Of a DNA stretch of 38,435 bases, positions 15,958-25,194 are shown piece after piece (position 1 is the stretch's first letter; every line of letters starts with the position of its first letter). The notes beneath the pieces are model-generated. The model was given only the letters and a program-made list of their open reading frames with translations, had not been told where the DNA came from and ran no database searches. The translations under genes and the position numbers were made by a program. The stretch is from an uncultured Prolixibacteraceae bacterium (GTDB taxonomy: Bacteria; Bacteroidota; Bacteroidia; Bacteroidales; Prolixibacteraceae): the NCBI GenBank assembly GCA_964486235.1, contig CAZANK010000001.1, positions 2,488 to 40,922 of the forward strand, written 5' to 3'.

Positions 15958-18075
15958 ATGAAATATAAATTGATGACGACTAAAAGGCTATCAAATCAAA
16001 AAGGAATCATGATTGCATTCATCCTGTTTTTTAACGCGATAGGATATTCTGAAACAATGGCTCAGAATCGAAGAACAGAGATTTTATGGGATCATTATGG
16101 TGTCCCGCATATTTATGCAAAGAATACAAAGGAAATGTACTATGCCTTTGGCTGGTCGCAAATGCATAATCATGCAAACCTGATGTTGAAACTTTATGCA
16201 CAGGCAAGGGGCCGGGCCGCTGAGTACTTTGGCGAAGACTATCTAAGTTCGGACAAGCTTATTCAACTTTTCAATATCCCGGAACAGGCCATAAACGTTT
16301 ACAAGAAGCAGGAAGATGAATATAAAACGTATCTCGATGCCTTTGTTGCAGGAATTAACAATTACGCAAGAACACATCCTGAGGTAATTGATGAAAGGAG
16401 CAGACAGGTGTTGCCGGTAACCTCTTTCGATCTTATAAGTCATATGATTAGGATTGTAAGCTTAGAATTTGTGGCAAAAGAAGATATATACATCTCCGCG
16501 AAATCAACCGGGGCTGGTTCGAATGCTTATGCAATAGCCCCCTCAAAATCTGAGTCAAAGAATGCCATGCTTGTTAGTAATTCCCATCTTCCATGGTCTG
16601 ACTATTCTCTGTATTTTGAAGCTCATTTGAACACGGTTGGGTTTAATTCGTATGGGATCGCCCTTGTTGGGATGCCTGCAATTATTATGGCTTTTAACGA
16701 TCATCTGGGTTGGACATTCACCGTGAATCCGATCGATTGTTCTGACCGCTATGAGCTTACATTGCAGGATGGCGGCTATTTGTTGGACGGGAAAACCCTC
16801 AGATTTGAAAAAAAGAAAGCAACAATCAAAGTAAAGCAAAAGGATGGTCGGATTGAGGAAGAAGAGTTAGAATTCAATTATTCAAAGCACGGACCTGTGG
16901 TCGCGCAAAGCAGTCATAAAGCCTTTGCCGTGAGAATTGCAGGGCTTGACAATTTCAGTGTATTTGAGCAATATCATAAAATGAACAAGGCCAAAAATCT
17001 GACTGAATTTGAGTCAGCGCTAAAAATGCAGCAAATGGCTATGTTTAATATCATATATGCAGATAAATCAGGAAATATTCTATATCTGTTTAATGGGAAT
17101 GTTCCGATAAGAGAAGAAGGTGATTTTGCTTTTTGGAAGGGCACAATTGACGGAACTCAATCAAAGTTTATCTGGACCAAAACACATCCATACAACGATT
17201 TACCCAGATGTTTAAACCCGCCTTCAGGATTTATTCAGAATTGTAACGATGCCCCTTGGACTTGTACAGAGCCTGCGGTATTGGATGCTAAGAATTTCCC
17301 ACCCTATTTCTCTTCTCTTGGTACGTCTTTCCGCCCGCAGCGGGCTGTAAATATGATAAAAGATAATCCTTCGATTTCTTTTGACCAGTTAATAAGCTGC
17401 AAACATGACACAGGAATGGAGACAGCACACAGATTCTTGGACGATTTACTCGCAGCAGCTGATGCGTATCCCGATACAATGGTACTTAAAGCCGCCTCTG
17501 TGCTAAGACGATGGGATAAGAAAACGGAGGTTGATAGCAGAGGTGCTGTTTTATTCGCCAAATGGTGGGATTCGGTGAGCAGTGATCTGTTTGAAGTCCC
17601 ATGGAATGCAAAAGTCCCGAATACGACTCCTGACGGTATAAAAGACAAGAAAAAGGCTGTTGAATTATTGGGAAAAGCCGCGAATGAGGTTAAAGAGAAA
17701 TACGGATCATTGGATGTTGCCTGGGGCGATGTGTATCGCTTTCGATTGAATGGCATTGATTATCCGGCAAATGGCGGATCAGGGGAATACGGAATTTTCA
17801 GGACGCTATATTTTACCGATGATGGAGATAAAAAAATCGCTGTTGCCGGGGAGACTTATGTGGCCATAGTTGAATTTGGTAAAAAAGTGAAGGCAATGGT
17901 CTTGCTTGGTTATGGGAATGCGACTCAGGCAGGGAGTAAGCACATCGGAGATCAACTTCAAATGCTGTCTGAAAAGAAGCTGCGCCCTGCGTTAATAAAC
18001 AAAGCCAACATCATCAACAATCTTGAATTTTTCGAAACCCTTTCAATGGAGACCGATAAAAAAAGCACCTTATAA
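15958..18075 (+). CDS. Peptidase S45 / penicillin-acylase-family Ntn hydrolase (PvdQ / acyl-homoserine-lactone-acylase-like)
   Basis: Signal peptide within MKYKLMTTKRLSNQKGIMIAFILFFNAIGYSETMAQ. Alpha-subunit motif ILWDHYGVPHIYAKNTKEMYYAFGWSQMHNHANLMLKLY. Autoprocessing and nucleophile motif GAGSNAYAIAPSKSESKNAMLVSNSHLPW (compare PvdQ SNAIAV...LLANPHFPW), with the candidate nucleophile Ser codon at 16519-16521. The ORF-track start at 15754 is a TTG overlapping the FecR stop and adds 68 non-homologous residues. Confidence 0.82.
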   Translation: MKYKLMTTKRLSNQKGIMIAFILFFNAIGYSETMAQNRRTEILWDHYGVPHIYAKNTKEMYYAFGWSQMHNHANLMLKLYAQARGRAAEYFGEDYLSSDKLIQLFNIPEQAINVYKKQEDEYKTYLDAFVAGINNYARTHPEVIDERSRQVLPVTSFDLISHMIRIVSLEFVAKEDIYISAKSTGAGSNAYAIAPSKSESKNAMLVSNSHLPWSDYSLYFEAHLNTVGFNSYGIALVGMPAIIMAFNDHLGWTFTVNPIDCSDRYELTLQDGGYLLDGKTLRFEKKKATIKVKQKDGRIEEEELEFNYSKHGPVVAQSSHKAFAVRIAGLDNFSVFEQYHKMNKAKNLTEFESALKMQQMAMFNIIYADKSGNILYLFNGNVPIREEGDFAFWKGTIDGTQSKFIWTKTHPYNDLPRCLNPPSGFIQNCNDAPWTCTEPAVLDAKNFPPYFSSLGTSFRPQRAVNMIKDNPSISFDQLISCKHDTGMETAHRFLDDLLAAADAYPDTMVLKAASVLRRWDKKTEVDSRGAVLFAKWWDSVSSDLFEVPWNAKVPNTTPDGIKDKKKAVELLGKAANEVKEKYGSLDVAWGDVYRFRLNGIDYPANGGSGEYGIFRTLYFTDDGDKKIAVAGETYVAIVEFGKKVKAMVLLGYGNATQAGSKHIGDQLQMLSEKKLRPALINKANIINNLEFFETLSMETDKKSTL

Positions 18076-18076
18076 A

Positions 18077-18112
18077 TGAACCGGAAAGTGTTCCAGCACA
18101 GTCCGGTTCTTA
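18077..18112 (+). repeat. Junction repeat copy 2 (TGAACCGGAAAGTGTTCCAGCACAGTCCGGTTC), containing an 8-bp stem GAACCGGA / TCCGGTTC with a 16-nt loop
   Basis: Begins 2 nt after the acylase stop codon. See copy 1. Confidence 0.6.
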
Positions 18113-18155
18113 GTGTTAAATCTTTTGCTAATGTATCATTTAACGATTCAAATTT

Positions 18156-21100
18156 ATGAAAAAAAAACGAGAAGTTTTACATCCTTATGCGGATGAGATG
18201 AGATTAAACTTTAGGAAGATGAAATTGACAACTATTCTACTGTTTATTGTTTGTGTTACTTTTGGGAACAGTTTCTCTCAGGTTCGGTTATCGGTTCATT
18301 TTGACAAATCCGATATTCGTGAAGTACTTCTAACCATCGAAGAAAAAACCGATTACGTTTTTCTGTATAAGGATCAAATCTTCGATTTCTCACAAAAGAT
18401 TTCGGCTGCTTTTAACGAAGCAAAATTCGAGGATGTTCTAAAAGATTTCTGTGATCAGACGAATATCTCTTATGAGATACGCAACAGGCAGATTATCCTG
18501 AAATCGAAAGAGCCAGACGGTTTGCCGACAGCACAGCAACCTCAGAAAAGGACCGTTACCGGTAGAGTTACTGATACGGCAGGAGATCCGATTCCCGGGG
18601 TTTCCGTGATTGTAAATGGCACTTCAGTCGGAACCATTACCGACAGTGAAGGGAACTTTTCTTTACAGGTTCCCGGCGACGTCAAAGCACTGACCTTTTC
18701 TTTTGTAGGGATGAAAACACTTGAAGTTCCTGCCGCCGGGAAGACGACATTTTTCATCGAGATGGATGAAGAAACGGTTGGTGTTGATGAAGTTGTAGTG
18801 ATTGGTTATGGGATACAAAAAAAGGTTAACCTTTCTGGAGCCGTTGATGTCGTAACTTCTGAAGCATTAGTTAACCGCCCTGTGAATAATGTGGTGCAGG
18901 CTTTACAGGGAATGGCACCCAACCTCAACGTCACCGTAGGCAATGAAGGTGGAGAATTGGGAGGAAAGATGAGTATGAATATCCGGGGAATCGGTTCAAT
19001 CAGTGGTTCCGGTGGAAATCCCTACATCCTGGTGGATGGAATCGAACAGAGTATTTATAACATTAATCCAGAGGATGTTGAAAGTATATCAGTTTTAAAA
19101 GATGCAGCTGCGTCTGCGATTTACGGGGCAAGAGCCGCATTCGGTGTTATTTTAATTACGACCAAACGGGGGCAGACGGATGGTGTTACTGTAAATTATT
19201 CAAATAGTTTCTCTTTTGCCACGCCTATTAATCGTCCAAAATCGGTTAATTCGATCAAATTCGCGGAGTATTTTAATTTGGCTTCAGCCAATGATGGTAA
19301 TGTTCCCATATTCGAACCTATTATCATAGAGAACATGCACAAATACCAGGCCGGTGAACTGACGGACTGGACTATGCCGATTCCCTGGGAGCCTAATTAT
19401 TGGCTGACTTACCAGGGTGGATGGGCAAATACGGATTGGTATAAAGTATATTATAAAGATTGGGTACCCAAATCCACCCATGGCATTAGTTTAAGCGGTG
19501 GTGATCAACGAACGCAATTCTTTGTTTCAGGTTCAACGTTCGACCAGGATGGTCTTTTAAGATATGGTGATGATACTTATATCAGGAACAATTTGAATGC
19601 AAAAATCAATACGAGTGTCAATGATTGGCTACGCTTCAGCTTTTTAAGCAAATTCAACCGGACTAACTTGAACAGACCCAGTTACGATAAGGATGCGATG
19701 TATGCAAACATTGCTCGTTCCTGGCCTACAAATGATGTTTTTTTCCCCGATGGCAATCGCCATTATGAAACCGGATTAATTTATGTTCAGCAAGGCGATC
19801 GGTATATTGAAAACTCCAATGAATTCACCGTTATTCCGGGAATCGAGATTGAGCCTGTAAAAGGTTGGGTTATCAATGCAAACTATCGTTGGAAAATGAA
19901 TACCAATGGTTATACCAATCACGAAGCCAAGGTACAGGGAACCTTTACTGACGGATCTCCGTTTTACCTGAGGCCAAATAATTATTTTGCAAGAAACCAG
20001 TATGAAAGTTACTATAATTCACCGAATGTCTATTCTACCTACCACAAAAAGATAGGATCACATCAATTCACGGCGCTGGCTGGTTTTGAACAGGAAAAGG
20101 TTGACTATCAGTCTTCATATTCCCGAAAAGATGACTTGATCAGCGATGAAAAACCATCTCTTGGCACAGCTACAGGCAAGGAATATGCGTCAGGCACTCT
20201 CGGACATTGGGCAACCCGAAGTTATTTCGGCCGGTTAAATTATGATTTTCGTGAGAAGTATCTGCTGGAGGTTTCAGCACGCCGGGACGGCTCATCCAAA
20301 TTTGAAAAGGGATATCGTTGGGGTCTTTTCCCATCAGGGTCCATGGCCTATATTATTTCGAAAGAATCGTTCTGGGAGCCTCTCGAAACCTATATCCCCA
20401 TGATGAAAGTCCGGGGGTCATTTGGTTCTTTGGGAAATCAGGATGTGGCAAATTATCTGTACGTGGAGCGCCTTCCGGTTTATACGAACTTGCCATACAT
20501 TATGGGCGACGACAGACCCAATTATATAGGAATGGCAGGTCTTTCAAGCCCGGAATTAACATGGGAAAGGGTCAATACGACTAATTTTGGGCTGGATGTG
20601 GGCTTGGTAAAGAACAAACTGACGGCTTCTATCGATTATTTTATCCGGGATACTTACGATATGTTAGGGCCTGTAGAATCCCTCCCGGCAGTGCTTGGGA
20701 CAGAAGTTCCAAGATCAAACAACGCGACCTTGAAAACAAACGGATTTGAACTTATCGTGGGATGGAAAGATAAAATCAAGGATTTCTCATATGATGCTAA
20801 ATTTATGCTTTCCGATGCAAAAACCAAAATCATGGAATACTATAACCCTCAGGATTTATTAAGTGCTCCTTTCTACGAAGGGATGCAAATGGGTGAAATT
20901 TGGGGATATACGACCACCGGGTTATTTCAAACTGATCAGGAAGCCCAAAGCAAAGATCAGTCCTACTTATCAAAAGAAGTGTGGCGCGCGGGCGATGTGC
21001 AGTATGCTGACCTGAATGGAGATGAAAAGATTAATATTGGTAAAAATACTGTCGGAGACCATGGTGATCTTTCGATAATTGGTAACTCGACACCACGATA

Positions 21101-21581
21101 TTCATACAGTTTTCTGCTCAATGTATCATGGAAAGGATTTGATTATAATATGATTTGGCAAGGAGTCGGGAAAAGAGACCTCTGGCTCGATTCACCTAAT
21201 TTCTGGGGCGCCGGATGGATATGGACAGCCGTGGCCTTTGAAGAACATATGGATTATTGGACTGAAGACAACAGAGATGCTTATTTCCCCAGACCATACA
21301 TGGATAAAGGTGGCAAAAACCATCAGGTTCAAACAAGGTTCCTTCAAAACGGCGCATACCTGCGTTTGAAATCATTACAGTTGGGCTATACCTTACCTGA
21401 AAATCTTACCCGGAAATGCAGGGTTAAAAAATTAAGGTTTTTTGTAACTGGCGAAAATTTGTTAACATTTACGAAACTTCCCAAGAATTTTGATCCGGAA
21501 TCCACAGGTGGTGCTCATGGTGCGGGAATGATTTATCCCCTGCAGATAAATTTGGCCACTGGCGTTAATATAACCTTCTAA
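18156..21581 (+). CDS. SusC/RagA-family TonB-dependent receptor with an N-terminal STN signalling domain (TonB-dependent transducer)
   Basis: Signal peptide MKLTTILLFIVCVTFGNSFSQ. STN-like VRLSVHFDKSDIREVLLTIEEKTDYVFLYKD. VTGRVTDTAGDPIPGVSVIVNGTSVGTITDSEGNFSL. Plug region VVVIGYGIQKKVNLSGAV. C-terminal barrel strand ending in F (GVNITF). Alternative starts at 18198 or 18219 are possible. Confidence 0.93.
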   Translation: MKKKREVLHPYADEMRLNFRKMKLTTILLFIVCVTFGNSFSQVRLSVHFDKSDIREVLLTIEEKTDYVFLYKDQIFDFSQKISAAFNEAKFEDVLKDFCDQTNISYEIRNRQIILKSKEPDGLPTAQQPQKRTVTGRVTDTAGDPIPGVSVIVNGTSVGTITDSEGNFSLQVPGDVKALTFSFVGMKTLEVPAAGKTTFFIEMDEETVGVDEVVVIGYGIQKKVNLSGAVDVVTSEALVNRPVNNVVQALQGMAPNLNVTVGNEGGELGGKMSMNIRGIGSISGSGGNPYILVDGIEQSIYNINPEDVESISVLKDAAASAIYGARAAFGVILITTKRGQTDGVTVNYSNSFSFATPINRPKSVNSIKFAEYFNLASANDGNVPIFEPIIIENMHKYQAGELTDWTMPIPWEPNYWLTYQGGWANTDWYKVYYKDWVPKSTHGISLSGGDQRTQFFVSGSTFDQDGLLRYGDDTYIRNNLNAKINTSVNDWLRFSFLSKFNRTNLNRPSYDKDAMYANIARSWPTNDVFFPDGNRHYETGLIYVQQGDRYIENSNEFTVIPGIEIEPVKGWVINANYRWKMNTNGYTNHEAKVQGTFTDGSPFYLRPNNYFARNQYESYYNSPNVYSTYHKKIGSHQFTALAGFEQEKVDYQSSYSRKDDLISDEKPSLGTATGKEYASGTLGHWATRSYFGRLNYDFREKYLLEVSARRDGSSKFEKGYRWGLFPSGSMAYIISKESFWEPLETYIPMMKVRGSFGSLGNQDVANYLYVERLPVYTNLPYIMGDDRPNYIGMAGLSSPELTWERVNTTNFGLDVGLVKNKLTASIDYFIRDTYDMLGPVESLPAVLGTEVPRSNNATLKTNGFELIVGWKDKIKDFSYDAKFMLSDAKTKIMEYYNPQDLLSAPFYEGMQMGEIWGYTTTGLFQTDQEAQSKDQSYLSKEVWRAGDVQYADLNGDEKINIGKNTVGDHGDLSIIGNSTPRYSYSFLLNVSWKGFDYNMIWQGVGKRDLWLDSPNFWGAGWIWTAVAFEEHMDYWTEDNRDAYFPRPYMDKGGKNHQVQTRFLQNGAYLRLKSLQLGYTLPENLTRKCRVKKLRFFVTGENLLTFTKLPKNFDPESTGGAHGAGMIYPLQINLATGVNITF

Positions 21582-21608
21582 ATTATGAAAATTATGAAAA
21601 TTATGAAA
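21582..21608 (+). repeat. Three perfect tandem copies of the 9-mer ATTATGAAA spanning the SusD-like start codon
   Basis: Read directly. It produces three in-frame ATGs (MKIMKIMK...) immediately after the SusC stop at 21579-21581. Confidence 0.85.
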
Positions 21609-23396
21609 CGATATATACCTGTTATTCTTATTATTGGATCGCTCTTCACATGGTCATGTAGTGAAGGCTTCCTTGAAAGGTATCCACTCGATGAGTTAGC
21701 GCCTCAGGATTTTTTCAATTCTCCTGAAGAACTGCAAATCTATGCCAACAGATTTTATGTTCTCCTTCCTGCCCATCAGGGATATTTCAATACATTTTAT
21801 GTTGATGCGAATAGTGATAATCTGGTGCCTGCTGAATTCGACATGAGGCTTGCCGGAACACGTACAGTTCCTTCATCTGTTTCTGCCACTACTGTTAATA
21901 CCCGGTTTTCTATTGTTTATGGTTGGAATTGGGCTGACATTCGGCAGGCAAATTACTTCCTCGAGCATTGCAATAAGGCCACTGGTACACCAGAAGACCT
22001 TAAACAATACATAGGTGAAGTAAGGTTTTTCAGGGCATTCCTTTATTTTGACAAGGTTAAGACTTTTGGGGATGTCCCATGGATCAGTAAAACCACGAAT
22101 ACGACTTCTCCCGAACTATACATTCCTCGGACAAGCCGGAAGGTTGTGACCGATTCCATCATCGCGGATCTGGATATCGCGATAAGTTATTTAAAACCTG
22201 CTGCCCAGGCGAATGCCTTCAGAATAAATAAAGAGGTAGCTATGCTTTTAAAAGCACGCGTTTGTCTTTATGAGGGTACCTGGGAGAAATACCATAGCGG
22301 CACCCCACTTGGGGTGTCCGGTTCCGACGGTTCACAATTCATACAGAAAGCTGCTGAGGTTGCTGATCAACTTATGCAAACAAACGCGCACAGTATTTAC
22401 AAAGGACCTGCCGGACGGGAGTATTGGTCTCTTTTCAACCAGTTGGACTACACCGGGAATCCAGAGGTAATGCTTTGGAAAAAATACGATATAGGACTTC
22501 AGATAACACACAATGTGGCAAGATACATGGCAGGAGGAATTGGTCAAATAGGAATGTCGAAAGGGTTAATAGACAGCTATTTATGTACAGACGGAAAGCC
22601 TATTTCTATTAGTCCGTTGTTCCTTGGCTATGATTCTTTGCTCATGGAGGCAACAAATCGTGACCCCCGGCTCCAGCAATCGGTATTCCTCCCGGGAGAC
22701 GATCAGAGAATCAATGGACCCGGCGGCACACTGAACGTGAAATTCGAAAAACCCACTTTGGATGGGATGGGTGAGTTCCGGAACACCACAGGCTTCGCTA
22801 TTTATAAAGGAGTTAATCCTGATTATTCACAGTCATCAAATGACAATGTCGGTACACAGGGATCTATTATTTTTCGATATGCCGAAGCCTTGCTAATCTA
22901 TGCTGAAGCAAAGGCCGAAATGGGAAATATTACTCAAGCGGATGTCGACAGAACCATCAATCGGCTGCGCGACAGAGTGGGCATGATCCATTTGGATATC
23001 AATAATATCAGCACCGATCCCAACTGGGATTATCCGACCCTCTCTCCGGTCATTAATGAGATCAGGCGGGAACGAAGAGTGGAACTGTCCTGTGAAGGAT
23101 CAAGATGGGATGATCTGGCTCGTTGGAGAGCGCATCACCTCATTGTAGGTAAACGTCTCAAAGGAGCCAAATATACCGGCACAAATCTGGATGGTGCATA
23201 TAAAGATGCTCAGGGAAATCCAAGTATAGTAATCGGAGTAAATCTGTATGTTGATGCCAATGGTTTTATTGATCCCTATCAGAACGTTTTTCCAAATGGA
23301 TTCGGATTCGATCCAAATCGTGATTATTTATCACCTATTCCAAGCGACGAAATCACGTTGAATGACAAACTGGTACAAAATCCAGGTTGGGAATAA
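21585..23396 (+). CDS. SusD/RagB-family nutrient-binding outer-membrane lipoprotein
   Basis: Lipobox FTWSCSE. SusD motifs RINKEVAMLLKARVCLYEGTW, IFRYAEALLIYAEAKAEMG, ERRVELSCEGSRWDDLARW and SPIPSDEITLNDKLVQNPGWE. It starts 3 nt after the SusC-like gene. Confidence 0.92.
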   Translation: MKIMKIMKRYIPVILIIGSLFTWSCSEGFLERYPLDELAPQDFFNSPEELQIYANRFYVLLPAHQGYFNTFYVDANSDNLVPAEFDMRLAGTRTVPSSVSATTVNTRFSIVYGWNWADIRQANYFLEHCNKATGTPEDLKQYIGEVRFFRAFLYFDKVKTFGDVPWISKTTNTTSPELYIPRTSRKVVTDSIIADLDIAISYLKPAAQANAFRINKEVAMLLKARVCLYEGTWEKYHSGTPLGVSGSDGSQFIQKAAEVADQLMQTNAHSIYKGPAGREYWSLFNQLDYTGNPEVMLWKKYDIGLQITHNVARYMAGGIGQIGMSKGLIDSYLCTDGKPISISPLFLGYDSLLMEATNRDPRLQQSVFLPGDDQRINGPGGTLNVKFEKPTLDGMGEFRNTTGFAIYKGVNPDYSQSSNDNVGTQGSIIFRYAEALLIYAEAKAEMGNITQADVDRTINRLRDRVGMIHLDINNISTDPNWDYPTLSPVINEIRRERRVELSCEGSRWDDLARWRAHHLIVGKRLKGAKYTGTNLDGAYKDAQGNPSIVIGVNLYVDANGFIDPYQNVFPNGFGFDPNRDYLSPIPSDEITLNDKLVQNPGWE

Positions 23397-23428
23397 ACCC
23401 ATTTTAAGGGGATATTAATCTAAACCAC

Positions 23429-23463
23429 ATGGACTTGTCTGAACATTTATCAGGCAAGTCCAT
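23429..23463 (+). terminator. Stem-loop ATGGACTTG-(17 nt)-CAAGTCCAT followed by TTTAT; a possible weak intra-operon terminator or attenuator after the SusD-like gene
   Basis: The 9-bp arms are exact complements. It lies in the 97-nt gap between susD-like and the enzyme genes. The T tract is short, so it may only be an RNA-stability element. Confidence 0.35.
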
Positions 23464-23493
23464 TTATAAACATGGTGAAATTTAAATCAGAAA

Positions 23494-25194
23494 ATGTATC
23501 GGAAACATCTTCCTTCGGCTAGATGGTTATGTTTAATCTGTTTAGTCCTTTGCTGTAGTTGTGTAAAAAAAGTGACAATAGATTCTTTGGTCAAGGAGAT
23601 GACCCAAAGAGAAAGTCTTAGTTATTTTCCACGGAATCCTTATGTTCACAAACAATTCAGCAGTTACAATCCGGCATCAAAATCACCTGAAAAAGAGGGT
23701 TGGTTTGAAAACTTCGATATGTCTCATTTCATTCGGGTGGAAGAAGATGCCGGAAGGCGCGAATTTGTGATGCTTGATGCCGATGGGCCGGGTGCAATTG
23801 TCCGATGGTGGATGACCTTTTATAAAGCTCAAAACGGCGTGTTGCGGATTTATGTGGATCATGATTCAATTCCTGTTATTGAGGGATCACCAAACAAGTT
23901 ATTGAGCGGTGACCTTCTGACAAAATCTCCACTCGCGGTATCTGTCCAGGCAGGAGCTGACATTGGGGAAGAAGGACGTGATTACGATCACAATCTCTAT
24001 GTTCCCATACCCTTTGCACGTCATTGCAAAATTACTTACGAATGCGATTCGCTGGTTTTACGCTACGATTATGAGGGCATCAAAGTACCTCAAGGCTATT
24101 ATTCGCCCGATGTGTTTTATAATATTGGGTACCGTGCCTACGCGAAAAACATAACTGTTGAGTCTTCTTCACGCCAGTCACTCAAAGAGGCCGGAACTCT
24201 TTTTGATATAGCTGGTAAATCTTTATTGAACAACCAGGTAAACTCCGTCTCTAACGAGAAATTTGAGAAACTCATTCTGCCGGGAGATTCACTCGTCATT
24301 GAACTCACAGAAGAGAAACATGCCATAAATCAATTGATGGTTGATTTGGAAGCAAACGATATGCAGCAGGCTTTACGTTCTGCATTGTTAAAAGTATCAT
24401 TTGACGGATATCAAACAATTTGGGCTCCCATCGGTGAGTTCTTTGGGACAGGATATAGTCTGAATCCCCATAAAACATGGATGAATCAGAGAGATGAAAA
24501 TGGCAGGATGGAATCTTACTGGGTAATGCCCTTCAGAGAAAAATGTGCACTTACGATCGTCAACCATGGAAATGAAAATATAAAGCTGAAGGGATCGGTA
24601 GGCCTGATACCATATAAATGGACCACAAACAGCATGTATTTCGGAGCCTTTTGGCACGAATACCGGCATCTTAAAACCAGAGACGGGAAGGGTTTGCCTT
24701 TCGACCTGAATTTTATTGACATCAAGGGGAAAGGAGTATATGTGGGCGATCAGGTTACTCTCTTCAACAATACCTATCAGTGGTGGGGCGAAGGCGATGA
24801 GAAAATTTTTGTTGACGGAGAGTCTTTTCCATCCAGTTTTGGAACAGGTTCAGAAGATTATTACGGTTATTCATTTGCGCGGCCAGAATCATTTTCACAT
24901 CCCTTTTTATCGCAGCCGGAAGGAACGGGAAATACAAATTGGGGGATTACCGTTAACATGAGGCATCGCTCTCTTGATGCGATCCCATTTCATACATCAA
25001 TCAGCTCAAATATCGAATTATGGCATTGGGCTAATATCCGTATGAACTACGCACTCACATCTTATTTTTATGTATTGCCCCCTTTTACGATCAATGCCAT
25101 GCCGAACATTGAAAGCATAAGAAATCGGGTTGCAATTAAGAAAGATGATATTAACAACGATGAGAATAGTCCCCGGACTACTTTTACCAAATGA
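23494..25194 (+). CDS. DUF2961 / glycoside hydrolase family 172 protein (lipoprotein)
   Basis: Signal and lipobox CLVLCCSC. DUF2961 motifs DADGPGAIVRWWMTF, YVPIPFARHCKITYE and WWGEGDEKIFVDGESFPSSFGTGSEDYYGYSF. Confidence 0.85.
   Translation: MYRKHLPSARWLCLICLVLCCSCVKKVTIDSLVKEMTQRESLSYFPRNPYVHKQFSSYNPASKSPEKEGWFENFDMSHFIRVEEDAGRREFVMLDADGPGAIVRWWMTFYKAQNGVLRIYVDHDSIPVIEGSPNKLLSGDLLTKSPLAVSVQAGADIGEEGRDYDHNLYVPIPFARHCKITYECDSLVLRYDYEGIKVPQGYYSPDVFYNIGYRAYAKNITVESSSRQSLKEAGTLFDIAGKSLLNNQVNSVSNEKFEKLILPGDSLVIELTEEKHAINQLMVDLEANDMQQALRSALLKVSFDGYQTIWAPIGEFFGTGYSLNPHKTWMNQRDENGRMESYWVMPFREKCALTIVNHGNENIKLKGSVGLIPYKWTTNSMYFGAFWHEYRHLKTRDGKGLPFDLNFIDIKGKGVYVGDQVTLFNNTYQWWGEGDEKIFVDGESFPSSFGTGSEDYYGYSFARPESFSHPFLSQPEGTGNTNWGITVNMRHRSLDAIPFHTSISSNIELWHWANIRMNYALTSYFYVLPPFTINAMPNIESIRNRVAIKKDDINNDENSPRTTFTK

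Noticed and set aside
16516-16524. GGTTCGAAT, which resembles a tRNA T-loop
   Set aside because: It lies inside the acylase coding sequence (the Gly-Ser-Asn of the nucleophile motif), and no acceptor or anticodon stems can be drawn around it.
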